Counted from the first letter of the stretch, positions 26,561 through 39,800 are shown. The stretch: DNA of 64,000 nt from Felis catus (GCF_018350175.1 NC_058368.1:23562001-23626000), one strand, 5' to 3'. The notes: generated by a model from the sequence alone, not told the origin. Made by a program: numbers and translations.

Positions 26561-29500
26561 CCACATTTTTCTAGATATGTCTCAGACAAGAGAAACAAAA
26601 GGAAAAATAATGTAGTGGGACTGTACCAAAATAAAAAGGTTTTACACATCAAACGAAACCATCAACAAATGAAAAGGCCAACTATTGGATGGGAGAAGAT
26701 ATTTACAAATGATATATACAATAAGGGGTTAATACCCAAAATACATGAAGAACTTACAGGACTCAACACCAACAAAGGAAATAATCTGACAAATTGGGCA
26801 GAGGACCTGAATAGCCATTTTTCCAAAAACATACCGATGACCAACAAACACTTGAAAAGATGCTCATCATTAATCATCAAGAGAATGCACATAAAAACCA
26901 CAAGGAGATATCATCTCACATCTGTCAAAATAACTATCATCAAAAAAAAAAAAGAACAAACATTCGCGGGGCGGGGGGTGGTAGAGAAAAGGGAGCCTTT
27001 GTGAATTGCTGATGGGGATGCAAACTGATACAGCCACTGTGGAATACATAATGGATGTCCTCAAAAAATTAAAACTAGAATTAACATATGATCCAGTAAT
27101 TTCACTATTGGGAATTTACCAACAGCAAATAAATTGGAAAAGATATATGCAGACTTCTGTTTATTACAGCCTTATTTATAATAGCCAAATTAAGGAAGCA
27201 ACCTATGTGTCCATTGGTGGATTAATTGGTTAAAAAAAAGAGGTGTTTATCCCTAATGGAATATTACTCAGCCATTATATATTCTTGCTTCCTTTGTCAT
27301 ATATTGACCATATAAATGTGGGTTCATTTCTAGGGTTTCCATTCTATTCCATTGATGTGTCTGTTTTTGTGCCAGTATCATATTTTTTGATTACAGTAGC
27401 TATGTAGTGTATTTTGAAATCTGGAATTGTGATAGATCCAGATTTAGTCTCCTTTCTCAGGATTGCTTTGGCTATTTTGTGGCTTCTGTTCCGTACAAAT
27501 TTTAGTGTGATTTGTTTTAGCGTTATAAAACATGCTGTTGGTATTTTGATAGGGATTGCGTTGAATCTGTAGATTGCTTTGGATAATATGGACATTTTCA
27601 CAATATTCTTCTAATCCATGAACATGGAATATCTTTCCATTTGTTCGTGTCATCTTCAATTTCTTTCATCAGTGTTTTATGGTTTTTAAAGTACAGATCT
27701 TACCCCTCTCATTTTTATTCCTAGGTATTTTATTGTTTTTGGTGCAATTGTAAATGGTATTGTCTTTCTCTTTCTCAACTTCATTATTAGTGTATAGAAA
27801 TGCTACCAATTTCTGTGTATGAATTATGCATCCTCTGAATTCTTTTAGTATTTTTTTGGCAAAGTCTTCAGGATTTTCTATGTATAATACCACATCAGCT
27901 GCAAATAGTGACAGTGTATCTTCTTTTTTACTGATGTGGATATCTTGTGTTGCTTTTTCTGGTCTTCTGTGTCTAGGACTTCCAATACTACGTTGAATAA
28001 AAGTGGTGAGAGTGGACATATTTGTCACATTCTGGACCTTAGAGGGAAAGTTCTTGGTTTTTTACCATTAAGTATGATATTTGCTGTTTTCTTTTTTCAT
28101 ATATAGCCTTTATTATGAAGATATGTTCCCTTTAACCCCATTTTGTTGAGAGTTTTTATTATGAATGGATGTTGAATCTTGTCAAATGCTTTTTTGCAAG
28201 TGTTAAGATACATATGATTTTTATCTTTCATTTTGTTGATGTGGTGTATGATGTTGTTTGATATGGGCATATTGAACCATCCTTGCACCCCAGGAATAAA
28301 TGCCACTTGATTGTGATGAATGATTTTTTTAATGTACTGTTTTATGTGGTTTGATAATATTTTCTTGAGGTTTTTTGCACTATGTTTATCTGGAATATTG
28401 GTCTGTAGTTTGTGTGTGTGCATGTATGTGTGGTGTCTTTGATTTTGGTATCAGGGTAAGCTTGCCTCATATAATGTATTTGGAAGTTTTCTTATTTGTC
28501 ATAGTTTGAGGAGAATAGGTATTAACTGTTATTTAAATGTCTGGTAGAATTCACCTGTGACTCCATCTGGTCCTGGATTTTTATTTTTTTGTTAGTTTTT
28601 GATTGCCAATTAAATTTTCTTACTTGTAATCAGTCTGTTCGGGTTTTCTATTTCTTCCTGGTTCAGTTTTGTAAGACTGTAGGTTTCTAGGAATTTATCC
28701 ATTTCTTCTATTTTGTTCAGTTTGTGAGCATATAATTTTTCATAATGTTATTTTATCATCGTTTGTATTTTTATGGTATCAGTTGTTATTTCTCACTCAT
28801 TTCTGATTTTATTTATTTGGGTCCTTTTTTTCTCAATGAGTCTGGGTAAGAATATTTAGAAATGTTTTTAAAGAACCAGCTCTTGGTTTCATTGATTTTT
28901 TTATATTTGTTTTTAAAATTTCTACATAATTTATCATTTCCTTCCTTCTACTCTTCTTGGGCTTTGTTCAAGTTTCATTTCTTGACTTTGGCTTGTGTTG
29001 CTATATTCTTTCTTAGAAATGCTTTTGCCATGTTCTAGAGATTTGGGATTGTTGCCCTTTAGTTTTCATTTGCCTCCATTTTTTTTAAATTTATTCTTTG
29101 ATTGCTTCATTGACTCCATTGGTTGCTTAGGATTATGTTATTTATGTCTCATGTATTTGTCGTTTTCCTTTTTCCATTTTTGTGGTCCAAAAAATGCATG
29201 GTCTGATTTCAATACTCTTAAATTTATGAGGCTTGTTTTATGGCCTGATATGTGATCTATCCTGGAGAATGTTCAATGTACACTGGAAAAAAGTGTGTAT
29301 TTTATTGTTTTTGAAGTACAATGCTCTATGTATATTGGTTATGTCCATCTGCTCCAATGTGCCAAAGACATTGTTTTCTTATTGGTTTTCTGTCTGGATG
29401 ATCTCTCCATTGATATAAGTTGATTGTTAAAGTCTCCTTCTATTGTATTTCCATCAATTTCTCTCTTTATGTCAATTAGTATTTGCTTTATATATTTAGT

Positions 29501-29697
29501 TGCTCTAATGTTGGGTGCATAGACATTTATGATTGTTATATCTTTTTGTTGGATTGGTCCCTGTATTATTATGTAATGCTCTTCCTTGTCTCTTATTATA
29601 TACAGTCTTTGTTTTAAAGTCTCTTTTGTCTAAGTATTGCTATACCAGTTTATTTTTTGCTTTCATTTGCATGGTCATTGTTTCTTCATCTGTTCAC

Positions 29698-30108
29698 TTT
29701 TTTTTCTTTTTCCTTTTTTTGCTTTATCTGCAAAGTTTATTTCTATAAATAGAGGTGTAACAGATTGTTCCAACATGTAACGGTTTTGCAGAAAAATACC
29801 AGTAACTCATTTCTTAGGATGATCATCTCTGCCTTCTATATGAAAGAGGTAGTGTATAAAAATACTTTTCAAATCTAAGGTATGAAGCTCTAATCTATAA
29901 TAATGTACACAACTCTGAATGGCAAGGAACTAAGGAATAAGAAAGAGTAATTCCTTCATTTTACGAATCCAAGACTGGTAGTTAGAAAGGAACCTGAGCC
30001 TGCTTGAAACTCTTTGTGATTCACCATAAAACTCATTAGCTGGACAACTATTGTGCATTCAAGTTTTAGTTGATGTATTAAGCAGAATTCAATGGATTTC
30101 AGGAAACA
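29698..30108 (-). pseudogene. Polyadenylated non-L1 insert: probable 5'-truncated retrocopy of an mRNA 3'UTR, or orphan 3' transduction
   Basis: Poly-T 29698-29720; TTTATT (AATAAA on minus strand) at 29736-29741, 15 nt from the tail; ~390 bp of non-repeat sequence interrupting the L1 endonuclease region. Confidence 0.75.
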
Positions 30109-30113
30109 CATCC

Positions 30114-30115
<2 letters not shown>

Positions 30116-30149
<34 letters not shown>
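30116..30149. repeat. (TG)n microsatellite
   Basis: Read directly. Confidence 0.97.
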
Positions 30150-30150
<1 letters not shown>

Positions 30151-33100
30151 ATGTAAATGTGTGTGTATGTGTCTTTAGCTCTTAAGTCTTTAGATCTGTG
30201 GTGAATATCCTGTAGGCACCATATATATGGATGTTATCTATTCTGCCATTCTGTCTTTTGATTGGAGCATTCAGGCCATTTAAAGTAATTATTTATAGGT
30301 ACACACTTATTGCCGTTTTTAAAATTTGTTTTCTGGTTGCTTTTGTAGTTCTTCTTTGTTACTTCTCTTGCTCTCTTTCTTTGTGATTGATGAGTATCTA
30401 TTGTGTTTTGTTTGGGTTTTTTAGTTTTTGTGTGTGTTTATCTCAGGTTTTTGATTTGTGGTTACCAAGACATTCATAAATAACATCTTAAGTAAATAAA
30501 TTTCCATATTAATTTATGGTATTTTAAGTTCAAATACATTCTTATAAAAAGAAAACTGGAAAAGGGAAAATAATCTTCTTTTTCCCTTTTTCTTCCCTTT
30601 TTACTCCCTTCTTCACATTTTATGTATACGTTGTCATTTTACATATTTTTATTCATAGATTTCTTATGTCTAATTATGTGTATTTTCCACTTAAATTGAC
30701 TTATAAGAAATGTTAAAGGAATTTCTTTTAGTGATGATAACTTCTTTATTTTTTGGAAACATTTTTTATCTCTTTCAAATCTGAATGATAATCTTGCTGT
30801 GTGGAGTATTCTTGTTGTAGGTTTTTTCCTTTCAGCACTTTGAATATATCATGCCACTGCTTTCTGGCCTGGCAAGTTTCTGGTGAAAAACCAGCTGCTA
30901 ACCTTATAAGGTTTCCCTTGTAGGTAACTTTTTGTTTCTCTCCTGCATTTCTTAAGGTCTCTGTTTATTTTTAACCTTTGAAATGTTAATTATTATGTGC
31001 CATGGTGTGGACCTCTTGGATTCATCTTGTTTGGAACTCTTTGTGATTCTGGGACTTGCATGTCTATTTCCAGCCCTAGGTTAGGGAAGTTTTCAGTTAT
31101 TATTTCTTCAAATAATTTTTCTACAACTTTCTCTCTTCTTCTGGGACCCATATAATGCAAATAATGTTCACTTGATGTTTGTCCAAGCGATATCCTAGTC
31201 TATCCTCATTTAAAAAATTCTTTTCTCTTTTCAGCTTATGTGCCTTCCATTATCCTGTCCTCTAGATCACTGATAAGTTCTTCTGCATCCTCTAATCTAC
31301 TGTTGGTTCCCTCTAGTGAATTTTTAATTTGTTATTGTATTATTTAACTCTGGTAATTTTTAATATTTTCCATATCTTATTGAAGGCCTGCATTCTTCCA
31401 CTCTTTTCTCTAGCCCAGTGAGTATCTTTATGTTCATTACTTTAAATTCCTTATCACACATATTGCTTATCTCTGTTTCATTTAGTTATTTTTCTGCATT
31501 TTTTTCTTGTTATTTCTTTTGGAACATATTGCTCTGTCTCATCCTTTTGCTTGACTTTCTGTTTTTGTTTCTATGGGTCAGGCTAAAAGGCTACTTAAAC
31601 TTGGAGAAATGGTCTTGTGTATGGTGTCTCCTATGCAGACTGTGTATGTTTTGTGACTTTTGCTGGCTGGAACTGTGGCTGTATATGCTTGTTACTCTTT
31701 TAAACCATGGCTTTGAAAATAAAAAGAACAAGAATAGAAAAACAAAGTGAAAAATATAAAATAAGAAAAAAATTAGAAAAAAAACTCAAGACTGTGGCTT
31801 GTTTTTTGTGTCCTGGCATCACAGGGTGGCTGGTTTGGGCTTGTAGACCCTGGGATCACTGAGGTTGCAAGCTTACTATAAACTAGATCCTACTTCCATT
31901 TGGGATTTTAAAGTGGAAGGGGAGAGCTTCTTTTCTTTTAAACCCTGGCCTTTTTTTTTTCTCCTGTGCCCCAGCACAACTAGGGTTGTGAGCTTGTGAA
32001 CCCTGGGCTTGCTGAAGTTGCAAGCACACTAAGATAACAAGACTCACCTGTAATGGTGTCCCTGCTTCAGTCTAGGCTTTTAAGGTGGAGTGGGAATGTA
32101 AACCATGTAATTTCATCTGGATAGCTTTCCCACAGTTTTTTTCTGCCACTTGGTAGAGTTCCAGTGTTGTCTTTTTTATGTACTAGTTGTTCTTTTGAAC
32201 TGTGGATGTTTTTCTGTGCCCAAGGATGGAAAGATTTGTTTCTGGTCCTTTAGTACTATCTCTCCCCACTGCTGTTAGTAATGGGGATACAGTTCCCTTC
32301 CTTACCATGTCTACATCTCTCTTGCTGTCGATATTGGTTGTTCAGTAACTGCTTAGCCCTCACTTCTTCAGGAGGAATAGTTCTAATAAGTGTAATTTGG
32401 TGTGTGCAGGGGAGGAGGCGAATTCAGAGTTTTCCTATGAATGACAACCTCAAAATAGTTTTTGCAGCAAGTATAGATAACGTCTTGGATAAAAAACTTT
32501 AAAAGGCAAATATTTCTGAGGATTTATAAACACCCAAAAGGGCATATGAATAATTTGGTGGGCTGTTTCCAAGTTCAGTTCATTCATCTTTTAACACTAG
32601 TGAATATCACAGAGCTTTGAGTTATAAGACTGAATTTCAAACCTGGGTTCTAACATTTACCACTGGCAAATTATTCAGTCTCTCTGTAGTAGAAGCATAT
32701 TGGATTATTTGTCTAGCACCTATTCACAAGATTGTAACAGATGCCCCATATACATTTGATATGACCCAATTTCCTTACCATAGTTCACAGGATCAATAGA
32801 TGCTATCCTGGCCCATAAATTTGTTTGTCTTCTTTCAGATATTTGCAGTAGGTTTAGTCTTTCTCCAGATGGCTGGACCATAACATGTATACTCAGGAGC
32901 TGTAGGCAGCCATGTTTTTTGCTGTTGTGGATGGAGATGTAAAAGGTACACATTTGTTATAAACTAGGCCCAGAGAGAGTAACAAGAGATGATGGATAGA
33001 CTAAAGACCCGCTCTTAGTTTATTCTCAATACCCACCCACATTTCTGCCAAGACATTAAACCTGGATGGCTCTGGATATGCATTTATCCCCCATTTTAAT

Positions 33101-34004
33101 TGCATAGCTGAAAGCTGGCTTAGAAGGGTTGAGTTACCATAACAGGAGAGCATGCCCATCTGAACTCAGAGTCTCTTGCTTTCTAACAAGGCCATTTCTG
33201 TGACCCCAATCTCCCAATGTTACGTAGTCACATAGATGTTCCCTGACCACTCGCGTTATGACCATATAGAGCATTATGGGAGCAAGCCTCCTCAGTACTG
33301 GAACTTTCACCTTGGTGCATGCAGATCATTTATACCCTACTTAATGAATAGATGTTAAGATCCAGGGTGATTGTTCCCTCTCCACTACTTCTAAAGTTTC
33401 CTTTGGTAATCTTTATTTATAATTGCATTGGATAGTATGAGTACTTTGTATTCACATCTCCTGTGCAGGACAATTTCTTTCTTTGAGATAAGGGAATCTA
33501 TTTTAAGTCAGTCTTCTTGTGTTCAAGTTGGGTTTCTGTTACCAGTAAATTGAAGAGTCATATCCACCCAACTATGGCCTCTCTAACCCACAGTGATCTC
33601 TTTTAAAAAGTGGGGCAAACAATACCAAGTGAGACAATAAATATAAAACTATTGGTACACAAAACATGTTCTGTAAATTTAAGCAGGATATTTCTTGAAG
33701 GATCAAGATTATAAAGATATGCAAATGATAAAAGGATCTTGGAAATAAATTACTTTCTACTATGCAATTTAATTTTGTGATGGGGCAGTTTCAATATTCT
33801 ATAAAGATTTGCAAAATTCATTGCATTCTTTACTACTGTGATATTTGACCTTTTTCTTTCTGTCTCATCATTCATCCTACTTTCTTAGTCTTTTCTATTA
33901 GTTTTCATTCCCAACTCATTTATTGTCATGTATTTATTACTGTATATTTTTGATATTTGTTCATTTTATTAATCCTCAAATATTCTTATTTAAGCCTTAC
34001 AGGG

Positions 34005-34470
34005 TTTCTACAGTTAGAATGTTTTTGGCTACAAGCAACCCTTCCATCTCCAACATGGATTCCAACTAAAACAATACATAACTTTATTATTTCACATAAG
34101 ATTAAGTCTTCAGGTAATGATGAATCTGTAATCAGTTAAGTTACCATCTAAACAAGATGCCAGAGGCCGACATTCTTTCTACCTTGACTCTCTGCTCCCT
34201 TTAGCCTGTTGGGTTTTATCCTGAAGCTGTCATTCCTTATGATCACAGGTGGCTCCTTGTTGTTCTGGTTGCCATAGCATATCACAAAACAACGTCCAGA
34301 TGAAAAGACTCCTTTTCTTCATTTATGTCTTTTTATTATCAACAAATGCTTTCTAGAAGCCCCCAGAGACTTTTTCTTATGTCTCAGAAGCAAGCATCAC
34401 CCAGCATAACAATTCATAAACCAAATGTCAGCAAGGGAGATAGGATTAGTGGTACTGGCTTCAGAAGTGA
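34005..34470. mobile_element. Old MaLR LTR (MLT1K/L-like)
   Basis: cagttagaatgtttttggctacaagcaac...gaagccccagagactttttcttatgtctca resembles MLT1. Confidence 0.55.
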
Positions 34471-34649
34471 AATGCATAATTTTACATTAATGGAAAGCTT
34501 TGCCTGTCCACATCAGGACTCCTTTGGGAATCTAGAGGACAAAGCAGAAATAAAGAGATGTACAGAACTTTTAATCACCCAGAAGCTGTGATGCTGCCCC
34601 ACAAAGCAGCACACTCACTTGGCCCTTATTCTAGCCCCTCAGTGTTTTT

Positions 34650-34858
34650 ACATGCTTGTGTGAGTCTTTTGGGTCAGGTTTAAATCCTGGCTCTTTCAAT
34701 TATTGCTTCATGATATGGGTAATTAACTCAGTTTCCTTATTCAGAAATAGGGATAATAATAGCACCACATTCATAGTGTTGTTTTGAATATTAAAGGAGT
34801 TAGTATAAGAAAAGCATTTAGAAAGGTGCCTTGCTATACGAAATAATCAGTACATTGT
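34650..34858 (+). mobile_element. MIR SINE
   Basis: ggtttaaatcctggctct...ctcagtttccttattcagaaatagggataataatagcacc core. Confidence 0.8.
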
Positions 34859-34982
34859 ACACACACACATTTACCCATTGATTCATATTTATATGAATTG
34901 AACCGAATGACAAGAGGAATCAAATATTGTCAAGGTAAGGTATTATCACATTCATGCTGAATCCTCATTTCGTATCATATTT

Positions 34983-35420
34983 TGCCTTAGGTCAGGTTCC
35001 CTGGTAAAGAACTCTTGAGATTGGATTGCAGGAGGTTTGCTGAAAAGTGCTTTCAGAAACACTCCTGTGAGGGGGTAATGGAGGTAGGATTGGGCAGCAG
35101 GGGAAATTGGGCTGTAATGAAGTTGCCTTGAAGTCCTTGTCTGAGCCTGTGGGGAGGCTCTAGAGCTGGGATAGTTTTCCTGCTAGAGCCTCCCAGATTG
35201 AGGCAAAGGGGCTGGGCCCTTGCACTCTGCATACTGCATAATCAGTCATTTATGCATACTACAGAGAGGGGGTTTAATTTGGGGTGAGGCACCTTCCTTT
35301 GTTGAGGGTGATTGCTGGAGAAAGGAGCAGCTATGAGCCCAACAGTCCTAGCAATGGGGCGTTCAGGGTGCCCCAGTCTTAAGAAGCCATGGTTCTAGGC
35401 AGATTCCTATAGTATCAACT
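34983..35420 (-). mobile_element. ERVL solo LTR (LTR16-like)
   Basis: tgccttaggtcaggttccctgg...ctcttgaga terminus and internal similarity to the LTR at 40961. Confidence 0.65.
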
Positions 35421-35894
35421 CTGGAAGGTAATTGCTGTCACTCTGTGTGGATAAAGTGGAGGACCACAGAGCAGAAGACAATGCCATGGGATGAATTGCC
35501 TAAAGCTTCTACCTCTAAGGCTTCCAGCTGTAGTGAAAAATCAGCCTCAGGTTAATGAGGTATTCATTAGTAAGCCCAGAACACCTGAATTGACATTGTG
35601 CTAGGGTGACCATGAGGTACCATCTGCTTGTTACACATGGCCCAGGACTGGAAAAGTTGACAGAGTCAGAATGCCATGGTTTGGAGCAAAGGAAGCCTGA
35701 ATATTCTTAGGAAGTTTTAAATCATAATCATGAATGTGAAGGAAGGGATATCAGAGCACAATAGACTTCGATAATTTAGATAATTATTTGTAATTATGGA
35801 AAGATAAAACTCCCAGAAGTGGGTAATATTCTGAGCGAAGGTTCACAGCAACAAATAAGGATGAGAGAGAGAGAGAAAACCCAGTTTGCTACTA

Positions 35895-36335
35895 GTAGTG
35901 GCAGATATATATTCTTCAAACCAGTTTCCTCTTTATTTTTTGAGATATATCCATTATACTTGCATTTAGGTGGAGTCGTGGGACTTAATTCTGGCCAATG
36001 GAAAATGGATGGAAGTAATGTATATCACTTCTATGAGTGGCCTATAGAAACTTCCTTTCAAGATCAATCCCTCTTCCCTTTCTGACTGGTTGAATGGAGA
36101 CAAGGTCTCAGCCCCTCTCCTCTGGGCAACCTAGACAATCATGTGGTGAAGACAGCAGGCCTTCCAAAAGATGCCTACTAGAGAGCACCCTCCCTCCCAC
36201 ACACAGAACACCAAATTGAACTGTAAGGTGAGCAAGAAATAATTGTGTTGTTTTTATTTTATGTCATTTCATTGTGTTAAGTCACAAAGATTTCAAGCCT
36301 CACCTGATATGGCGGCTAGCAAATATCTCAATAAA
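35895..36335 (+). mobile_element. MaLR LTR (MLT1H/I-like)
   Basis: ttctggccaatggaaaatggatggaagtaatgtatatcacttc; gtgagcaagaaataa...ttgtgttaagtcac. Confidence 0.7.
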
Positions 36336-36467
36336 TATGCCCATCTTTGTGAGCCTGGAGAAATAGATGACATATCTAACTATGATAGCAACTGTTTGTA
36401 TTTTTCTTTCCTACTATAATCTATCTTTTGTATACATATCTTTTTTGAAACTCCTGTGGTTACAAAC

Positions 36468-36755
36468 TAGAGCCTGATAGGCTAGGTTGGGGCACAGATA
36501 TTTTTATTTGGCCTGTGCAATATTGTCTGGATTCATTGTCAACACACACACACCTTTTCATGTCTGGCATCTCTGAAAAAGGCAGAATATCCATAACGCT
36601 GTTGATGGCAACTATTGGCTTGGCCAAATAGAGGTCCCTGTCGATAGAGCATGGGATCTCCATTTGCCACTATCCCCAACCCTCTTAACTGTATCATGGC
36701 CAGTCCACATTCCCCTGTGTATGTTGTCTGCCAGGTCTGTGGAGCCCTTAGGACT
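36468..36755. mobile_element. hAT DNA transposon relic (MER102-like)
   Basis: ggcaactattggcttgg...ctccatttgccactatccccaacc resembles MER102. Confidence 0.5.
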
Positions 36756-39001
36756 TGTTGTTAGCCCCTTTCTTTGTAAAGAGTGCTGGGCTTTCTGAGA
36801 GGTGTTCTTTGGTTAGTTTCTCTAAGCATTTTCTCCCAATGACATTTCAAATGCCCTTCCAAGTTGTACAGGGCAAGATGGGGTTTTCCTCCTTCTGTGC
36901 ATCTGCAGTACTAACGGATGCAGAATCAGCACTTCATGTGGAATCTGAAAGCTGTCAAGCTTCTCCCCTGACTTTCCACTTAGGTGGTGGGAGGGCTTTA
37001 TCAACTACCCAAAATAACCAAAATGGACCTGCTGCATTCCTGCTGCATTTCTTTCCAATACATTTGAAACCTTTGTTCAGATATTGGACATGCAAGACAA
37101 CAAGCGTCAAGACAATGGAGCCACCAAGAATTGTGACCCTTTATCTAGCCCTGGGTGTGGAACTATTAATTACTGCAGACTATGCCCCACTTCCCTGATG
37201 CTGAGAACAATATAATGAAGCCCTGTGGAGACACTGAGAGAAAGAATACCTATCATTAACTCTTCACACAGACAGATAAGGCTGGGAAAGTGCAAACTTG
37301 GATAAAACTCTTCTTTATGGATATCCAGGGAGATGAAGAGTGTTTCTTTAAAATAAAGCTTGTCTTAAAGAGAATCACTTTCCAGGATTAAAGGTAGTAG
37401 TATATGAGTAACATGCTTTTAAGCAACAACTCAAGGGGACAAAATGATATCCTTTATGGGCAAAGCACTCTGAAAAAATGGTTTACATTCTTCAAATATT
37501 ATCATTTTTGTTTAATTTTTAGAGAATTGCAATAAGATGGTCCCATTTCCTTATAGCTCTCTTTTGGTGACCTCATCCAAATTTAAGTTTCTAAATCTGA
37601 ATGTAAATGAATGGATCAGACCTGTAGAAGTCAGGGCCAGTGAGAGAAATGGGCACTTTGTAATAGAAGTAATTTCAAATTCCAGTAAAGCTCTGCTTGA
37701 TTTCCCCCTTTTCCATCTAGCATGCTAATCTCCATCTGGCTGCAGTAGCAGCATCTGCCTTTAAAATGACCCTTTTCCTTCTCAGGAAGGAGAGCGAATT
37801 GTGCTCTCCATGTTTCAGGACTACACCTCTTCTGGGTCACCCTCCTGACTAATGTGCTTTTCTATGAGTAATATCATAATTCACAGTTTTTTCCCCTTTT
37901 TCTTTGAGACTAACTGGGTAATTCAAGTTTCATTTTCTCTCTCTGGGTATTTAAAGGCCAGCCCTTCAGACCAATTTTAGCCATCTATTACTGGGGAGCC
38001 AATTTCTAGAGAGGCCTATTTGCAGAGCTGGTTCTGTAAGCTTGAGCCTGCTCCACCAGCCAGGCCCTTACATTGCATGTGGAATTTATTCAGACAAAGT
38101 CATTTTTTGAGCATAAAATGAATGTCATGGAGTCAGTATCACTGACTTTGTAGGCTATTTCCAGTACCATTTAGGCACTGATTGGGCCTTTTACATGGTC
38201 TCTAATATTACAGATTTGGTAAATATCAAGTATTAACCAAACTACTTCTGACACATTCCAACTCATGACTTCCTTCCTTTTTAATTGTGTGCAGAAATAG
38301 AACAGAATATGACAATAGGAAGATGTTACATGGTTCTATGATAGGTGACAGGATTAGGGAGAGGAAGCAACTCTCACAATATGTCTTATGCCATTTTGGT
38401 AATAAGCAAATGTGGAATTTGGATCCAAGCTAATTTAAATATATTCATATTGGTGCACGTATGTTCCTATTTTCATGTATGTTTTGTGGAATCTGTCTCA
38501 GAATTTTGTGATCACAGCTCATATATATGACTAGGACATTAAATCTTGTACATCTAATTGACAACAGGTGTCATCCTGTATATGGCAAATGAATCTGATA
38601 TTCCATGTAGTGTTTGGTATGTATGGTCATCTACAAAATCCTATTTGTGAAATATAAAATTTGGATTTTGTATGTGCTTTGTTCTGAATCTGGAAAGAGA
38701 TGGTATTTCTTAGTGTTTGTCTTTCCTGATATGTAGCCCTGATTATTTGTAAAATTGATGTATTTAAAAATGATTGCTGGAAGCTTTACAATCTTTGAGA
38801 AGAAGGATAGGAAATGTCTAAGGAAGTAAGAGGCTTTGGAGTTATATGATAATCAGACAGAATAAAACCCACAATTTTCTGGCTTCTGTAAATAATAGGA
38901 ATATCACTGGTCATGGAGGTAGGTATAGAGTTGAAACAGTGATGGCAAGAGCTTTTTCTCCTCTTCTTTGGAACACATACATATTTGGTAACTATATTTT
39001 T

Positions 39002-39181
39002 ATTAATTTTGAGAGAGAGAGGGCAGAGAGGTAGGGAGAGAATCCCAAGCAGGCTCCCTGCTGTCAGTGTGGAGCCTAACGCAGTACCTGATTCCACAAA
39101 CCATGAGATCATGACCTGAGCCGAAATCAAGAGTCAGATGCTCAATTGGCTGAGCCACACTGTCAGTTGTGGGGTACCCCC
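39002..39181 (-). mobile_element. Can-SINE with altered 5' end
   Basis: Antisense SINEC body; TSD aactatattttt at 38990-39001 and from 39184. Confidence 0.92.
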
Positions 39182-39649
39182 ACAACTATATTTTTTAAAT
39201 CAATAATGGGGTCATGTAATATGATGATTTGAACATTCTTCAAGGCTCTATCTTTGATATGAAAATTTTATGTGTAATGGTACAGAAATTTAAATTCAGC
39301 TCTCAGAAAAACACATGTTCTTATTCTGAATTTCCCTTAATCCTCTAGGAGAATATTGATCTTATTAGCTAATGAGAGAGCTCTGGTGGGCACCGCTCTG
39401 TGTGTTGGTCTTCTAGACTCAGTCCCTTTATTTTCATTGTTTTCCTTAGAATGGTAAGAATTTCAGGACTGGTAGGGGAAGAGTGTTATATTAGGGATGA
39501 AACCAAATTAGAGAAAGCAGATCCCAAGAACTCATAAGAGAGATAAAAATCAGTCATTAGGTAACAATTTTCAGCTATTCATCATCAGTTTGCCAATACA
39601 TGGTACTGATGGACAAGCATCTTTCAGCTGAAGTTAACTAATACTTTTT

Positions 39650-39800
39650 AACAACAGTAATAGCAAATATCACTTATTAAATGCTCAGTATATTCCAGAC
39701 ATGCTAAACACCCTATCTTATTTATCCCTTACAACATACATATGAGGCAGGTACCATTATCTTTTTACAAAAGATGAAAGGAAACAGCTTTAGGGAGATT
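39650..39800 (-). mobile_element. MIR fragment
   Basis: ccttacaacatacatatgaggcaggtaccattatctttttacaaaagatgaaaggaaacag. Confidence 0.65.

Larger units (their letters stand above)
20787..27275 (+). mobile_element. LINE-1, lacking 5'UTR and 3' end, with four nested insertions
   Basis: ORF1 remnant from ~20787, ORF2 ATG 21818, RT SDDM ~24598, runs to atggaatattactcagccat at ~27275. Confidence 0.95.
27276..32430 (-). mobile_element. LINE-1 with 5'UTR, lacking 3' end
   Basis: Minus-strand ORF2 fragments (27344-27601, 27669-28028 FAAD, 28097-28423), ORF1 ~30750-31560, 5'UTR to ~32430 (taggaaaactctgaattcgcctcctcccc on minus strand). Confidence 0.93.

Noticed and set aside
26306..27004. Longest ORF (232 aa)
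   Set aside because: Chance read-through from an antisense nested L1 into the host L1 ORF2 remnant; not a gene.
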